In this document: positions 39,137 through 49,064 of the stretch, in pieces
How the letters are laid out: each line of letters starts with the position of its first letter
Numbering within the stretch: position 1 is the first letter of the stretch
Source of the DNA: Parcubacteria group bacterium
GTDB lineage: Bacteria; Patescibacteriota; Minisyncoccia; Phycocordibacterales; Phycocordibacteraceae
Assembly (NCBI GenBank): GCA_028286605.1
Contig: JAQBRE010000002.1
Location: 464,065 to 528,064 of the forward strand
Length of the DNA stretch: 64,000 bases
Direction of reading: 5' to 3'
Made by a program: the position numbers and the translations under genes
The notes under the pieces: model-generated
Database searches by the model: none
What the model was told of the DNA's origin: nothing
The model's input: only the letters and a program-made list of their open reading frames with translations

Positions 39137-39656
39137 GGTGGATGTATTCGCCTGCACGTGCCGATTCGAACTGTATGTGCGCATGGTCCGTGAAGAGAAT
39201 ACCATCCAAATGATTCGTCTCGTGCTGGAACACCTGCGCAAGGATACCGCCTCCGCCACGCTCGAACTTCTTTCCATTCGCATCATACGCACGCAGCGTC
39301 GCGCGATCATGACGAATGGTCTTTCCATAGATACCGCGCACAGAAAGACAGCCTTCATCCATTTCCACTTGGCGGCGCGAAGACTTTATGAATTCAGGAT
39401 TGATATATACGCCGAGCTGCGTACCCATGGCAGCTGCTTCTTCGCTGGATACGAGCCGATCATAGCGAACGATGAACAGGCGCTTTGAAACGCCAACCTG
39501 GGGTGCTGCAAGGGCAACGCCGTCCGGCTCTGCATCGAGCGTCCGCGCCATATCATCAATGAGATCCTGCAGGGCAGGCGTGCCGAATTCCTCCGCAGGC
39601 ATTTGCGGAGCTATTTCACGAAGTACGGGGTCGCCGTCCTGAACTATTACAGACAT
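39126..39656 (-). CDS. def: Peptide deformylase
   Basis: GVALAAPQVG, EGCLS, QHETNHLDG metal-binding motifs. Confidence 0.9.
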   Translation of the reverse strand: MSVIVQDGDPVLREIAPQMPAEEFGTPALQDLIDDMARTLDAEPDGVALAAPQVGVSKRLFIVRYDRLVSSEEAAAMGTQLGVYINPEFIKSSRRQVEMDEGCLSVRGIYGKTIRHDRATLRAYDANGKKFERGGGGILAQVFQHETNHLDGILFTDHAHIQFESARAGEYIHHED

Positions 39657-39960
39657 GCGGACACCATAGCATATACACGGGTACGAAAAAGCCGACTTCA
39701 TTTGAAGTCGGCGATAAAGACATAAAGCACGGCAACAGAAAATCTGGTGCCGCCAGCGCATACAGCAAGGCCAAAGGGAGGGACGACCCCGCGCAAGAAC
39801 GTCCTCCAGGGGAGAGCAGGCCTCAAACCGTAGCGCTAGCGGCACCTCCGTCGCAAGATACTTTCGTTTGTTGTCTTTCAGCGTTATATATCGCCTATGA
39901 CACGATTTCTCCTACGACAGAACTTGATTCCAAAATGAACTGGTCCCACGCATCCTATGA

Positions 39961-41835
39961 TTAAAAAGCTTCAGGGTCAATAAGGACACGAACTGAGGGC
40001 GGAAGGGCATGCAGGCGGCTCGAAAGCTCCTGTTCAGGCCATACGCCTTCTGGAAGACGCAGCACATATGAACGACGCGCCTGAGTGCGCGTAAGCGAGC
40101 GATCAGGAAGAATGGTGAATGCGTATGCGGCGATAGCTTCACGGATAGGCGTGTCGAGTGCGTCAAGCTGCGTACGTGTCGCTTCAGCCTGTAGCGCAAT
40201 GAGCGTGCCGAACGGCGGATAGCCGAGCGCTTTGCGTAGACCGGATTCTTCTTTGAAGAATCCGGTTGTCTCAGGATGTTCAATTGCATTCGCTGCGGCG
40301 TCCTCAGGCAAACGCGTACCAAGCAGGACGCGATTCGCCATTGAGGTGAGAAGAAGACCGAGTCGCACGAAGCGTTCGCGCGCGCGCCAGAACGGCAGAG
40401 CAAGCAAACTATCTGCAGAGGCTACGACCGCAAGATTGAACTGGTGCGCATGTACGGCGAGCAGCCACGGAAGCGCACCTTCCGTACCGATGACGATTGT
40501 GTTCGGCTCACCCGCACCCTCGAGCGCTTTCTTCGCCATAGCGATAGTGCGAACCGTGTCGCCATCGAAACGGATGATGCGAGCATCAGGAAACGCTGAA
40601 CGCATTTCCTCTTCAACTCGCTCAACGCCCACGCCAAGCGGCATAAGGTTCCAGCTGCCGCATATGGCACAAAGTACGTTCGTACTCTCGATGACGCGGC
40701 CGTCAACGCTCCTGAATGCGCGACCGTGCGGACCTTCTTTCGTGAAGGTGAGGACGTTACCGAATTCATCAGTACGCGCCGTGCCGCAATCCCTGCAGAT
40801 AACGCTCGGTGCGTACCCCTTACGCACCGCAAGCACCAATGCACGACCTCCATCGTTCAGAACATTCGCGATCTCTTCGCGCATTAGCTTCGGCACTGCC
40901 GCCCACGCTTCTTGCTCAGTTTCTAGCACCACTGCTTCACCAGGCTTCGGCTTAACTTCTTCTATCTTTTCACGACGCAAATCCAGTATGGAAACGCTGC
41001 TTGGCGCAGCAACGAGAGGAGCTTCAGTATACGTACGATATTCAAGCGGAAGCGGATAGTCTCCGTATGCAAGCTGCAGGGAACGGGAGCGAGCGAGTTC
41101 GGTGAGGGCGATGCGGAAATCAAGATACGGACGCTTCGGCGAGCGATAGCTGCCGGCGCCCGTACGCTCGATGATGATACTGCCAAGCGTGAGTATCGGC
41201 GTCCACGAGAATAAAGGAGTAGCGATAACGAGGCCGGTGGAAGACACCGCGGCCTGTAGCGCCGCTTCGCGGCGCCTTCCCGTTATCGCACCTGAAAGCA
41301 CCAATGGTTTCTTATCAGCGAACTCCTGCTTCCAATACTCAGTCTCGGCTATCGTCGGCACCACGATAAGCGTTGCAACAGCATGAACGGCATTCGCCTC
41401 AACGATAGCGCGATAGCGCGCTGCGCGCGCCTCAAGCGGCATCTCAACCGTATCAATAGAAAACCCTGTACCATGCTTCATCTCTATCGTGTCCGCCAAC
41501 GATAAGTCACTTCTAATATGCTCGCCGAACAAGCTCGCGAGCGCGCTACCAAGCGTCGCCGCGTGCAATTGCGCAATGCCTTCCGCAGCGCTTCGTAAGC
41601 TTTCCGGCAGCACGCTCGAGGCATGTGGCACCGTCTTCGTCAGCATGAAGGTCGCATTCTTCAGCACTGCTTTCGCTTCTGCAACGCTCTGGCAACTCAC
41701 CACCAACCCCTGCACTATCCTTCTACGTAGCGAGACTTCAACAATGGTCCCTTCGGCAAGCGCATCACGGCTCCTATACGAAAGCGTTCCGGGAGGAGCC
41801 GTGCGCGAGAAGGGAATAACTTCGACCACATACAT
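39961..41835 (-). CDS. priA: Primosomal protein N' (PriA)-like, lacking Walker A and DEAH motifs
   Basis: N-terminal 3'-DNA-binding-domain pattern (MYVVEVIPFS...GTIVEVSLRRRIVQGLVV), Cys-rich zinc region (CRDCG...CAICG); no GxGKT or DExH. Confidence 0.7.
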   Translation of the reverse strand: MYVVEVIPFSRTAPPGTLSYRSRDALAEGTIVEVSLRRRIVQGLVVSCQSVAEAKAVLKNATFMLTKTVPHASSVLPESLRSAAEGIAQLHAATLGSALASLFGEHIRSDLSLADTIEMKHGTGFSIDTVEMPLEARAARYRAIVEANAVHAVATLIVVPTIAETEYWKQEFADKKPLVLSGAITGRRREAALQAAVSSTGLVIATPLFSWTPILTLGSIIIERTGAGSYRSPKRPYLDFRIALTELARSRSLQLAYGDYPLPLEYRTYTEAPLVAAPSSVSILDLRREKIEEVKPKPGEAVVLETEQEAWAAVPKLMREEIANVLNDGGRALVLAVRKGYAPSVICRDCGTARTDEFGNVLTFTKEGPHGRAFRSVDGRVIESTNVLCAICGSWNLMPLGVGVERVEEEMRSAFPDARIIRFDGDTVRTIAMAKKALEGAGEPNTIVIGTEGALPWLLAVHAHQFNLAVVASADSLLALPFWRARERFVRLGLLLTSMANRVLLGTRLPEDAAANAIEHPETTGFFKEESGLRKALGYPPFGTLIALQAEATRTQLDALDTPIREAIAAYAFTILPDRSLTRTQARRSYVLRLPEGVWPEQELSSRLHALPPSVRVLIDPEAF

Positions 41836-41916
41836 CCCTCTATCGTATCAAATTAGATTTGAATCTTTATGAAGTCGTGATAGGTTCTGTCCAGAGTTCA
41901 TCAGGGAGAGTTTACG

Positions 41917-42111
41917 ATGCACCGTATAACATTCATGCCGCTCGCAAGGAATCGCTATCGAGTACAGGTTGATCACTATCTGACCAAGCAGGTAGTGAAG
42001 CGGCACCAAATCGCAGCAACGCGCAGCATGCTTCAGAGCAGGGCGCGAATGCCCGAGCGGCTTCCCGAATTGGTTTCCTACAGAGAAAACATACATAGGG
42101 AGCGGTGGTAA
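41917..42111 (+). CDS. Possible small basic protein (64 aa) or sRNA
   Basis: GGGAGAG 6 nt before ATG; followed by strong terminator 42115-42164. Confidence 0.3.
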   Translation: MHRITFMPLARNRYRVQVDHYLTKQVVKRHQIAATRSMLQSRARMPERLPELVSYRENIHRERW

Positions 42112-42114
42112 TTA

Positions 42115-42164
42115 AAAAGCCGCCACATACAAAAGCCGTTGCGCTTTTGTATGTGGCGGCTTTT
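42115..42164. terminator. Bidirectional hairpin terminator
   Basis: aaaagccgccacatacaaaagc-cgttgcg-cttttgtatgtggcggctttt. Confidence 0.7.
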
Positions 42165-42174
42165 GTGTTGATGA

Positions 42175-42972
42175 CTAGAACGCGATCGTGAACGTCTTGC
42201 CTGCATCGCGAACAACTATGTGCTTCGCGTCGAAGGTTGCCGCTGCGGGCTGAAGGCCCGTGTAGAGCGGTGCGAAGAATTGCGGCTTGAGCGGATCGAT
42301 TTCAATCACAGCAAGTACGCTTCCGTAGGAAACGATGAGTGCATCCTGGCGGCCAGGATACGGAAGGACGGCGCGAAGCGGTGCTGTTGGTGCGAAGACA
42401 ACTGTCGTTGCGCAGGTGCCGCCGATGCAAAGGTATGAAGGAGGTACCGCGCCGGTAGTTGTTGCGGGAGATGCGACGATGCGATTATTCAGAACGTATA
42501 CGTTCGCGTTTCCATTTTCCATAACGAGCGGCTTCGTTTCGCTTGGCGGTACATACGAAGTGATGTCTGTGTTCGCTGCATCTGCCTGCGCTGCCGTTAC
42601 GAAGACCGCTTCACCCTTTAGCGGCACGAGGATCGGAGACGCCTTCGTGTCCATTCGTGGAGAAATGCTTATCACATCATTCCATGGGTTATCGCCAGGA
42701 ACATCTACGATGATGTTGTGGCTGCCTGGCTCAAGATCGATACGTACATCCTTGCCTACGGAAGTGGCGCGCTTGGTCTGGTCTGCATATACGACGCCGC
42801 CTGCAGGAATGCCTGAAAGAGTCAGGTTACCGGCGCGAACCACGGTGAAACTAGGACCAGGGCGGTAGCCGAGCGCATAGCCGATAACAAGCAGCACGAA
42901 GAGCAGTACTATGAGCAATAGCAATACGTGGCGGCGGATATAAGCCCAGATACGGAGAAGAATCGTATTCAT
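42175..42972 (-). CDS. Membrane-anchored hypothetical protein (start trimmed to MNTILL)
   Basis: N-terminal TM; beta-rich exported domain. Confidence 0.5.
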   Translation of the reverse strand: MNTILLRIWAYIRRHVLLLLIVLLFVLLVIGYALGYRPGPSFTVVRAGNLTLSGIPAGGVVYADQTKRATSVGKDVRIDLEPGSHNIIVDVPGDNPWNDVISISPRMDTKASPILVPLKGEAVFVTAAQADAANTDITSYVPPSETKPLVMENGNANVYVLNNRIVASPATTTGAVPPSYLCIGGTCATTVVFAPTAPLRAVLPYPGRQDALIVSYGSVLAVIEIDPLKPQFFAPLYTGLQPAAATFDAKHIVVRDAGKTFTIAF

Positions 42973-42988
42973 AATAATGCTAACGATA

Positions 42989-44299
42989 TCACAGAGCTGA
43001 AATCTGTGCCCCAATAGAGGTGAGGCGGGAAATCAGTGCTTCATAGCCACGATTCACTATATATATGTTGCGAAGTATGGAGGTGCCTTCAGCGGCAAGC
43101 ATTGCGATGATAAGAATGGACGCAGGGCGAAGCGCCGGAGGCGCGACGATGTCTGCAGCGCGCAACTTCTTAGGCCCCGTTATCTGTATGCGATGCGGAT
43201 CGAGCAGCAGGGTGGTTGCACCCAAGTTATCGAGCTCCGTGTAATAAATAGCGCGCTTCTCGAAGACCCAATCGTTGATGAGCGTATCGCCATCGGCCTG
43301 TGTTGCAATCACGGCGAAGAACGGGAGGTTGTCTATGTTGAGACCAGGATACGGACGCGGATGAATGCGCTCTGGGTATGCAACAAGTTCCGACGGCTTG
43401 ATATGAATATCTACGAGTTTCGTAACGCCGTTCTCGGAAACGCCCGCATCGCTCAGCGTGAAAATGAGCCCCATCTTTTCAAGGATAGAAAGTTCGATCT
43501 CAAGAAACTCGATAGGTGCGTTCTTAACGGTAAGTTCTGATTTCGTAGTTGCAGCAGCCGCGATGAAGAACATCGCATCTATCGGATCTTCGCCGATAGT
43601 GCACTCGACATCCATATCGATATTTGAAACGCCCGTAACAGTTAGCGTCGAGGTGCCGAAGCCTTCTATCGTTACGCCAAGCTGCTGCAGGAACGCGCAC
43701 ACTTCCTGCACCTGATAGTTCGCCGATGCGTATTTTATGACTGACGTGCCAGGAATAAGCGCCGCTGCGAAAAGAGCGTTCTCGGTTGCGGTGTCGCTCG
43801 ACTCCTGAAGAACGATGGTCGCCGGCAGAAGCTTCGTATGCGAAACGATGAAGCGATCAGAACGAACTTCGATAGAAACGCCGAAGCGTTCGAGCGCCCA
43901 TAGGTGCGGACGAATCGTACGATTCCCGAAATCGCAGCCGCCGGACTGCGGAAGGTCAAAGGTCTTGAACTGATGAATCAGCGGACCGATGAACATCAGG
44001 ATGCTTCGCGTGCGAATAGCGGCTTCTGTATCAAGCCCATCAAGGGAAACCTTTTCTGGCGGGGTGATCTTCAGTGCATGATCGCTTCGCTCCACTTTCA
44101 CACCGATCGACTCAAGCACCTCAACGAGGCGATTGACTTCTTCGATGTTTGGCACTTTCTTCAACGTCGTCGTGCCTTTATTTAAAAGGGAAGCGGCAAG
44201 CAGTGCGACCGCGCCGTTCTTCGAGCGATTCGTGACGACAGATCCATGCAGCTTCTTTCCGCCTTCGATCACGAATCCCATTTCCGCAGCAGGTGCCAT
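42989..44299 (-). CDS. murA: UDP-N-acetylglucosamine 1-carboxyvinyltransferase (start may be ATG 44281)
   Basis: EPT fold, active-site Cys region QSGGCDFGNRTIRPH, N-terminus aligns with MurA. Confidence 0.9.
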   Translation of the reverse strand: MAPAAEMGFVIEGGKKLHGSVVTNRSKNGAVALLAASLLNKGTTTLKKVPNIEEVNRLVEVLESIGVKVERSDHALKITPPEKVSLDGLDTEAAIRTRSILMFIGPLIHQFKTFDLPQSGGCDFGNRTIRPHLWALERFGVSIEVRSDRFIVSHTKLLPATIVLQESSDTATENALFAAALIPGTSVIKYASANYQVQEVCAFLQQLGVTIEGFGTSTLTVTGVSNIDMDVECTIGEDPIDAMFFIAAAATTKSELTVKNAPIEFLEIELSILEKMGLIFTLSDAGVSENGVTKLVDIHIKPSELVAYPERIHPRPYPGLNIDNLPFFAVIATQADGDTLINDWVFEKRAIYYTELDNLGATTLLLDPHRIQITGPKKLRAADIVAPPALRPASILIIAMLAAEGTSILRNIYIVNRGYEALISRLTSIGAQISAL

Positions 44300-44389
44300 T
44301 GGTGGGTATTGTACACCGAAGAGATATGTATAAGAAAAGGCCCATCGCGTGGTGCGACGGGCCTTTGGCGAACGGCGTAACGAATTACG

Positions 44390-44614
44390 TCAGTGCCATC
44401 CGTTCTGAATTTTTTGCGAAAGCGTCGGCTCCGTCGTAACGCAGCCTTCGATTTCAACAGGACCCATGAAGCCGCTGAAGTGCTCGGTTTCGGTCGGGAA
44501 AAGCTTATCGCCACTAAAACCCTGGATCGTTTTCTCTTCCAGATATTTTTCAATAGTGACTTGCTTGAAATCCGAGCCGGCCGACTTGATCCAGAAATAG
44601 AATTGTTGAGACAT
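44390..44614 (-). CDS. Small hypothetical protein (74 aa)
   Basis: Strong RBS AGGAGG 7 nt upstream. Confidence 0.5.
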   Translation of the reverse strand: MSQQFYFWIKSAGSDFKQVTIEKYLEEKTIQGFSGDKLFPTETEHFSGFMGPVEIEGCVTTEPTLSQKIQNGWH

Positions 44615-44708
44615 TTGACACCTCCTCTACTATTATGTCCTATTTATATAGAATAGTCAATGGGAGTTCGGGTGCATATTTGTTGCCTATTCTTAAAAGA
44701 AGTATGAT

Positions 44709-45731
44709 GTGCAGGTAATGGCATCCTTTTCTCCGAAACTGGGTATCGATCTTGGCACGACCAATGTGCTTGTCTTCGTCCCTGGCCGCGGCGTCGTGCT
44801 GAATGAGCCCTCCGTCGTTGCGGTTTCCACGGAAACGAACAAAGTGCTCGCGATAGGCGCTGAAGCGAAAGCGATGATCGGCCGCACGCCCGACACCATC
44901 ACCGCATACCGCCCGATGAAAGACGGCGTGATCGCGGACTATCGCGTAACCGAAGCGATGCTTCGATACTTCATGCGCAAAGCGCTCGGCAAATGGAATC
45001 TCTTCAAGCCGATTGTTCTCATTTCCGTTCCTGCCGGCGTCACTTCAACCGAGAAGCGCGCGGTTATCGAAGCGGCAGCGAAAGCAGGAGCATCTAATGC
45101 GTTCGTCGTGAAGGAGCCTATCCTTGCAGCTATCGGTGCCGGCATTCCTATTCAGGAAGCGCTCGGCCGCATGGTTGCAGACATCGGTGGCGGCACTATC
45201 GACGTCGCCGTGATCTCGCTTGGCGGCATCGTCGCTTCAACGAGCGTGAAGTGCGCAGGCACGAAACTTGATCGCGCGATCATAGACTACGTGAAAAGGA
45301 AGTACAACCTCGCTATCGGCGACAAGACTGCAGAAGAAATAAAGATAACGATTGGTTCAGCTGTGCCGGTGAATGAAGAACTCGCGATGGCGGTGAAGGG
45401 TCGCGATTTGGTTTCCGGATTGCCGCGCACCATCGAGCTGAAGACTAATGAAGTGGTGCAGGCGATGAGCCGCGAGCTACGCGAGATGATGGGCGCTATC
45501 CGCAAAGTGCTTCAGGAAACGCCGCCGGAACTCGCCAGCGACATCATCGACAACGGCATCATCCTTACGGGCGGCACCTCGCAGCTCCGCCATCTTCCTG
45601 AACTCGTGTTCCGCCGCACCGGCGTGCAGAGCAAGCTCGCGCAGGATGCATACTTCTGCGTCGCGCGCGGTACGGGTATCGCGCTCAAGCATCTGGATAC
45701 CTACCAGAAGAGCATCATCTCGAAGCGCTAA
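44709..45731 (+). CDS. mreB: Rod shape-determining protein MreB
   Basis: GIDLGTTNVLVFV...VLNEPSVVAV; actin-fold phosphate motifs DIGGGT. Confidence 0.9.
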   Translation: MQVMASFSPKLGIDLGTTNVLVFVPGRGVVLNEPSVVAVSTETNKVLAIGAEAKAMIGRTPDTITAYRPMKDGVIADYRVTEAMLRYFMRKALGKWNLFKPIVLISVPAGVTSTEKRAVIEAAAKAGASNAFVVKEPILAAIGAGIPIQEALGRMVADIGGGTIDVAVISLGGIVASTSVKCAGTKLDRAIIDYVKRKYNLAIGDKTAEEIKITIGSAVPVNEELAMAVKGRDLVSGLPRTIELKTNEVVQAMSRELREMMGAIRKVLQETPPELASDIIDNGIILTGGTSQLRHLPELVFRRTGVQSKLAQDAYFCVARGTGIALKHLDTYQKSIISKR

Positions 45732-45841
45732 AGAATTTATAAAATCTTTATGAAGAGAATTGAGGTTATCCCTCTACACAAGTAGGCGCTAAAGCCTTTG
45801 AGTTGAATATCATTTAAGTACGCCCTTCGGGGCGTTTTTAT

Positions 45842-46315
45842 ATGAAAGAAAACTCATCTGCAGAAAATAGAATTACAAAAATTATTTCGTTAGTGGACGA
45901 GTACTTTCTACTTGATAAAGGAGACCTGATAGATAATCATGTGGAACTTTTACGTATTGCTGACATTCCAAATAATGCATCTCTCAAACATCCGCATGCT
46001 CTATGTAGAGTTTATATCTCCAGAAGAGCACGAAAACATTTTGTTGAGGAACGAAAGGAGGCTTTTTTTATTAAGCATTCAGAAGTTGAAACTTTAGATG
46101 CAATACATTTTGCAATACGCATGATTAGCGACGTGCTGTCAGATTTTGATTATCTCGAATACGAACCTAAAACTATACCTTCAAAATATTTTTACTCGAA
46201 AGACTATCGAGACATCGGGCGTCCAGCAGTACGTATTCTTGTTGAGGAGAAAGAAAAAACGCTTCAAATACGTTCAATACATTTCCAAACCCGTGACGAT
46301 GATAGGCAGAAATGA
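45842..46315 (+). CDS. Hypothetical protein in AT-rich islet
   Basis: ORF track; ~36% GC; terminator 46315-46342. Confidence 0.45.
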   Translation: MKENSSAENRITKIISLVDEYFLLDKGDLIDNHVELLRIADIPNNASLKHPHALCRVYISRRARKHFVEERKEAFFIKHSEVETLDAIHFAIRMISDVLSDFDYLEYEPKTIPSKYFYSKDYRDIGRPAVRILVEEKEKTLQIRSIHFQTRDDDRQK

Positions 46316-46534
46316 AAAAACACCTCCTTGGAGGTGTTTTTTCTGCTCGGGATGACGGCAGGGATTTCTCCCATTTCATCCATGAGTACACCGTTTGATT
46401 GGTGTCCGCAGCAGGCCGATATAATTTTCTGTCGTCGAGCGTGAACAGGGTAAGTATACAAAATTTACATACTGTTTGCAAGATAAAAATAGGGCCCGCA
46501 CGTAGGTGCGGGCCCTTCTTCGTTTGTCTTGCCG

Positions 46535-47014
46535 TTAGTCTTTATGCGCGAACAGCCACGCAAGATTGAACATGAACTTTTTTTCGTTTGGCTCATGTCC
46601 GACTCGTTGCGCCATCGACGAAGGATCGTGAGTGTCGAACGAGTCAGCATGATGACCGCTGCGCATGAACAGCGTGGCGCCGAACTTCACGATCGGGTGA
46701 TCGGCAGCATAGGCCCTGAAGGCAAGCTGGCTGGTGGTCATGTCCTGGCCGCTTTCAGGAACGCGCCACTCTTCAGCGGTGCGTTTGAGCGAATAGCTCG
46801 GCTCAACCGTGAAGCGCCCAAACGTAACCGTACTGTACGGCGCAGCCTGAATGTTCCAGGTGTAGTTGGAGGGTCGTTCAGCGAATGCCGCATCATGGAG
46901 ACGCTGCGCGTCGCCAGCTTCCTGCGCATGAGCGGGGAAGGCAAAGCTATAAAATAGAGCGAAAAGAGCGAAGAATGCTAAGCGCATCGTAGTCCCCCTT
47001 CTGGTTACTGACAT
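46535..47014 (-). CDS. Secreted hypothetical protein with signal peptide
   Basis: MRLAFFALFALFYSFAFPAHA signal peptide. Confidence 0.45.
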   Translation of the reverse strand: MSVTRRGTTMRLAFFALFALFYSFAFPAHAQEAGDAQRLHDAAFAERPSNYTWNIQAAPYSTVTFGRFTVEPSYSLKRTAEEWRVPESGQDMTTSQLAFRAYAADHPIVKFGATLFMRSGHHADSFDTHDPSSMAQRVGHEPNEKKFMFNLAWLFAHKD

Positions 47015-47111
47015 CCGAGCGCGAATGCACCCTGACCTGCACGTAGTATGCGCCCCGCACCCTTGGAATCAAGAGATTCTGGTGCGCGAGAAAATAGACT
47101 AGAATAGGGCC

Positions 47112-47819
47112 ATGGCGCACCACGCATATTTTGTAACAGGCGAAAGCGAGCAGGGAATCGAGCGTGCGCTTGCGCACGCTAAAAACGAGCTCGGCCTCAC
47201 GCGTGAAAATAATCCGGATCTAGTAGTGCTTCGGCATGGGCTGTTTTCTGTGGACGATGCCCGCAAGCTGGCGGACATGACGAATCGTGCTGCGATGAAC
47301 GGTTCACAGAAAGCGATCGTCGTCTCAGCGCTTCGCTTATTCCACGAAGCGCAGAACGCGATGCTAAAGATATTCGAAGAGCCGTCACCCGGCACGACAC
47401 TTATATTAGTTATTCCAGCCGAAGGCATGCTGCTGCCGACACTACGTTCACGATTACTTCCGCTTCCTTCTGCAACGATTGCCGAAGATGGGATAGAACA
47501 AACATCACCAGAAGTTCAAGCATTTCTTAAGGCAAGTTCACCGGAACGTGAAAAACTAGTCGCAAAGCTCCTGGATAGGGCAAAATCAGACACGGACACC
47601 GTTAAGCAGGGGGCTCGGAACGAAGCGGTGCTTCTTGTAGAAGGCTTGATCGAGGCTTCGTACGCTAAAAGGGAGGTAGCGAAGGATGCCGTTGAGCAGG
47701 AAGAGCTCATGGCGTTCCTCTCGGACCTCGACGCATTCCTTCCTATTCTTCATGAACGCTCGGCACCGTTAAAGCTCATATTTGAACACATATTACTGGT
47801 TATCCCCAAGGACCTTTGA
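47112..47819 (+). CDS. holB: DNA polymerase III subunit delta' (short form)
   Basis: HAYFVTG ... ALRLFHEAQNAMLKIFEEP...TLILV...LLPTLRSR matches delta' core; Walker A degenerate as expected. Confidence 0.65.
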   Translation: MAHHAYFVTGESEQGIERALAHAKNELGLTRENNPDLVVLRHGLFSVDDARKLADMTNRAAMNGSQKAIVVSALRLFHEAQNAMLKIFEEPSPGTTLILVIPAEGMLLPTLRSRLLPLPSATIAEDGIEQTSPEVQAFLKASSPEREKLVAKLLDRAKSDTDTVKQGARNEAVLLVEGLIEASYAKREVAKDAVEQEELMAFLSDLDAFLPILHERSAPLKLIFEHILLVIPKDL

Positions 47820-47876
47820 ATATGGCCTAGTTGACGGATTAAAAGGTATCTGGTAAAGTTATAACACATTAATTCA

Positions 47877-48995
47877 TTGCATTATCCAACTCTTATGGCC
47901 GCAAAAAGCACCAAGAAGGTTCCTGCTAAGAAAAAGACCGCCACCAAGGCGGCAAGCAAGACTGCGGCCGTAAAGATGCCATTCGATAGTGCGGTGCTGG
48001 TCAAAAAGCTCCTTTCTGAGGTGCCGGAACGCGCTCGCGAAGTGCTCGTCTATCGTTTCGGCCTCGGCACTTCTGCAGACCGCGAGACCCTCGAGGCTAT
48101 CGGCGAGCGCTGGAGCATTACGCGTGAACGCGTACGACAGATCGAAGCAGCCGGCCTCGAAGCGATTCGCTCGAGCAAGGCATTCAAGGATGCGACCGGT
48201 TCATTCGATGAGCTCGCCGCATACGTGCGTACGCTCGGCGCCGTCGTTGAAGAAGAGACGCTCCTTAACGGACTCGCTTCAGACGAAAAGGCACGCAACC
48301 GTTTCCGTTTCCTTCTCGTCGTGGGGTCTGCATTCTTCCGCGAACGCGAGACAGACGAATTCTACGCACGCTGGCATGTTGACCACGCGACGGCTGAACT
48401 CGTGCACAAGGCTCTCACCAGCCTCTACGCGCAGCTTTCCGATACGCAGGACCTTGCCGAAGGCGAGATGATGGACAAGTTCCTCGACGAACTGAAGGAT
48501 ATCAACGAGGCATACCGCAACGAGGAAGTCCTCAAGCGTTGGCTCTCTCTTTCCAAGACGATCTCTTCGAACCCGCTCGCTGAATGGGGACGCGCTGAAG
48601 CTCCGGCTATCCGTACGAAGGGTATCCGCGACTACGCATACCTCGTTATAAAGCGTGCCGGCGCTCCTATGCACTTCTCTGACGTAGCGAAGTCCATCAG
48701 CACGATGTTCGCGAAGGAGGCTCATGTCGCAACCACGCACAACGAGCTCATCAAGGATGCTCGCTTCGTGCTGGTCGGTCGCGGCCTCTACGCGCTTTCT
48801 GAATGGGGCTACCAGCCAGGCGTCGTACGCGACGTCATCAAGGTCGTCCTTAAGAAGGAAGGTCCCCTTACGCGCGAACGCGTCATGGAAGAAGTGAAGA
48901 AGGTCCGCTACGTGAAGGACAACACGATTCTCGTGAACCTGAACGACCCGCGCTACTTCAAGCGCAACAAGAACGGCACGTACACCGTCGCGTAA
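47877..48995 (+). CDS. Lys/Ala-rich histone-like tail + sigma-70 region-4-like HTH protein with C-terminal domain of unknown function
   Basis: KKVPAKKKTATKAASKTAAVK; EVLVYRFGLGTSADRETLEAIGERWSITRERVRQIEAAGL resembles sigma70 r4. Confidence 0.55.
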   Translation: MHYPTLMAAKSTKKVPAKKKTATKAASKTAAVKMPFDSAVLVKKLLSEVPERAREVLVYRFGLGTSADRETLEAIGERWSITRERVRQIEAAGLEAIRSSKAFKDATGSFDELAAYVRTLGAVVEEETLLNGLASDEKARNRFRFLLVVGSAFFRERETDEFYARWHVDHATAELVHKALTSLYAQLSDTQDLAEGEMMDKFLDELKDINEAYRNEEVLKRWLSLSKTISSNPLAEWGRAEAPAIRTKGIRDYAYLVIKRAGAPMHFSDVAKSISTMFAKEAHVATTHNELIKDARFVLVGRGLYALSEWGYQPGVVRDVIKVVLKKEGPLTRERVMEEVKKVRYVKDNTILVNLNDPRYFKRNKNGTYTVA

Positions 48996-49010
48996 TACAT
49001 TCCGTACACA

Positions 49011-49047
49011 GAAGAAGGGCCGGCTCCGCAGGAGCCGGCCCTTCTTC
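49011..49047 (+). terminator. Terminator (gaagaagggccggctcc-gca-ggagccggcccttcttc)
   Basis: Seen directly. Confidence 0.7.
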
Positions 49048-49064
49048 TTGCTATACTGCAGGCA

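Noticed and set aside
41848-42096. 82-aa minus-strand ORF
   Set aside because: It is antisense to the RBS-led plus-strand small ORF and terminator and has no translation signals.
46535-47014. Lipid A deacylase PagL-like assignment for the secreted 159-aa protein
   Set aside because: The His/Ser catalytic context (HxSN) of PagL is not found, and only the signal peptide is certain.
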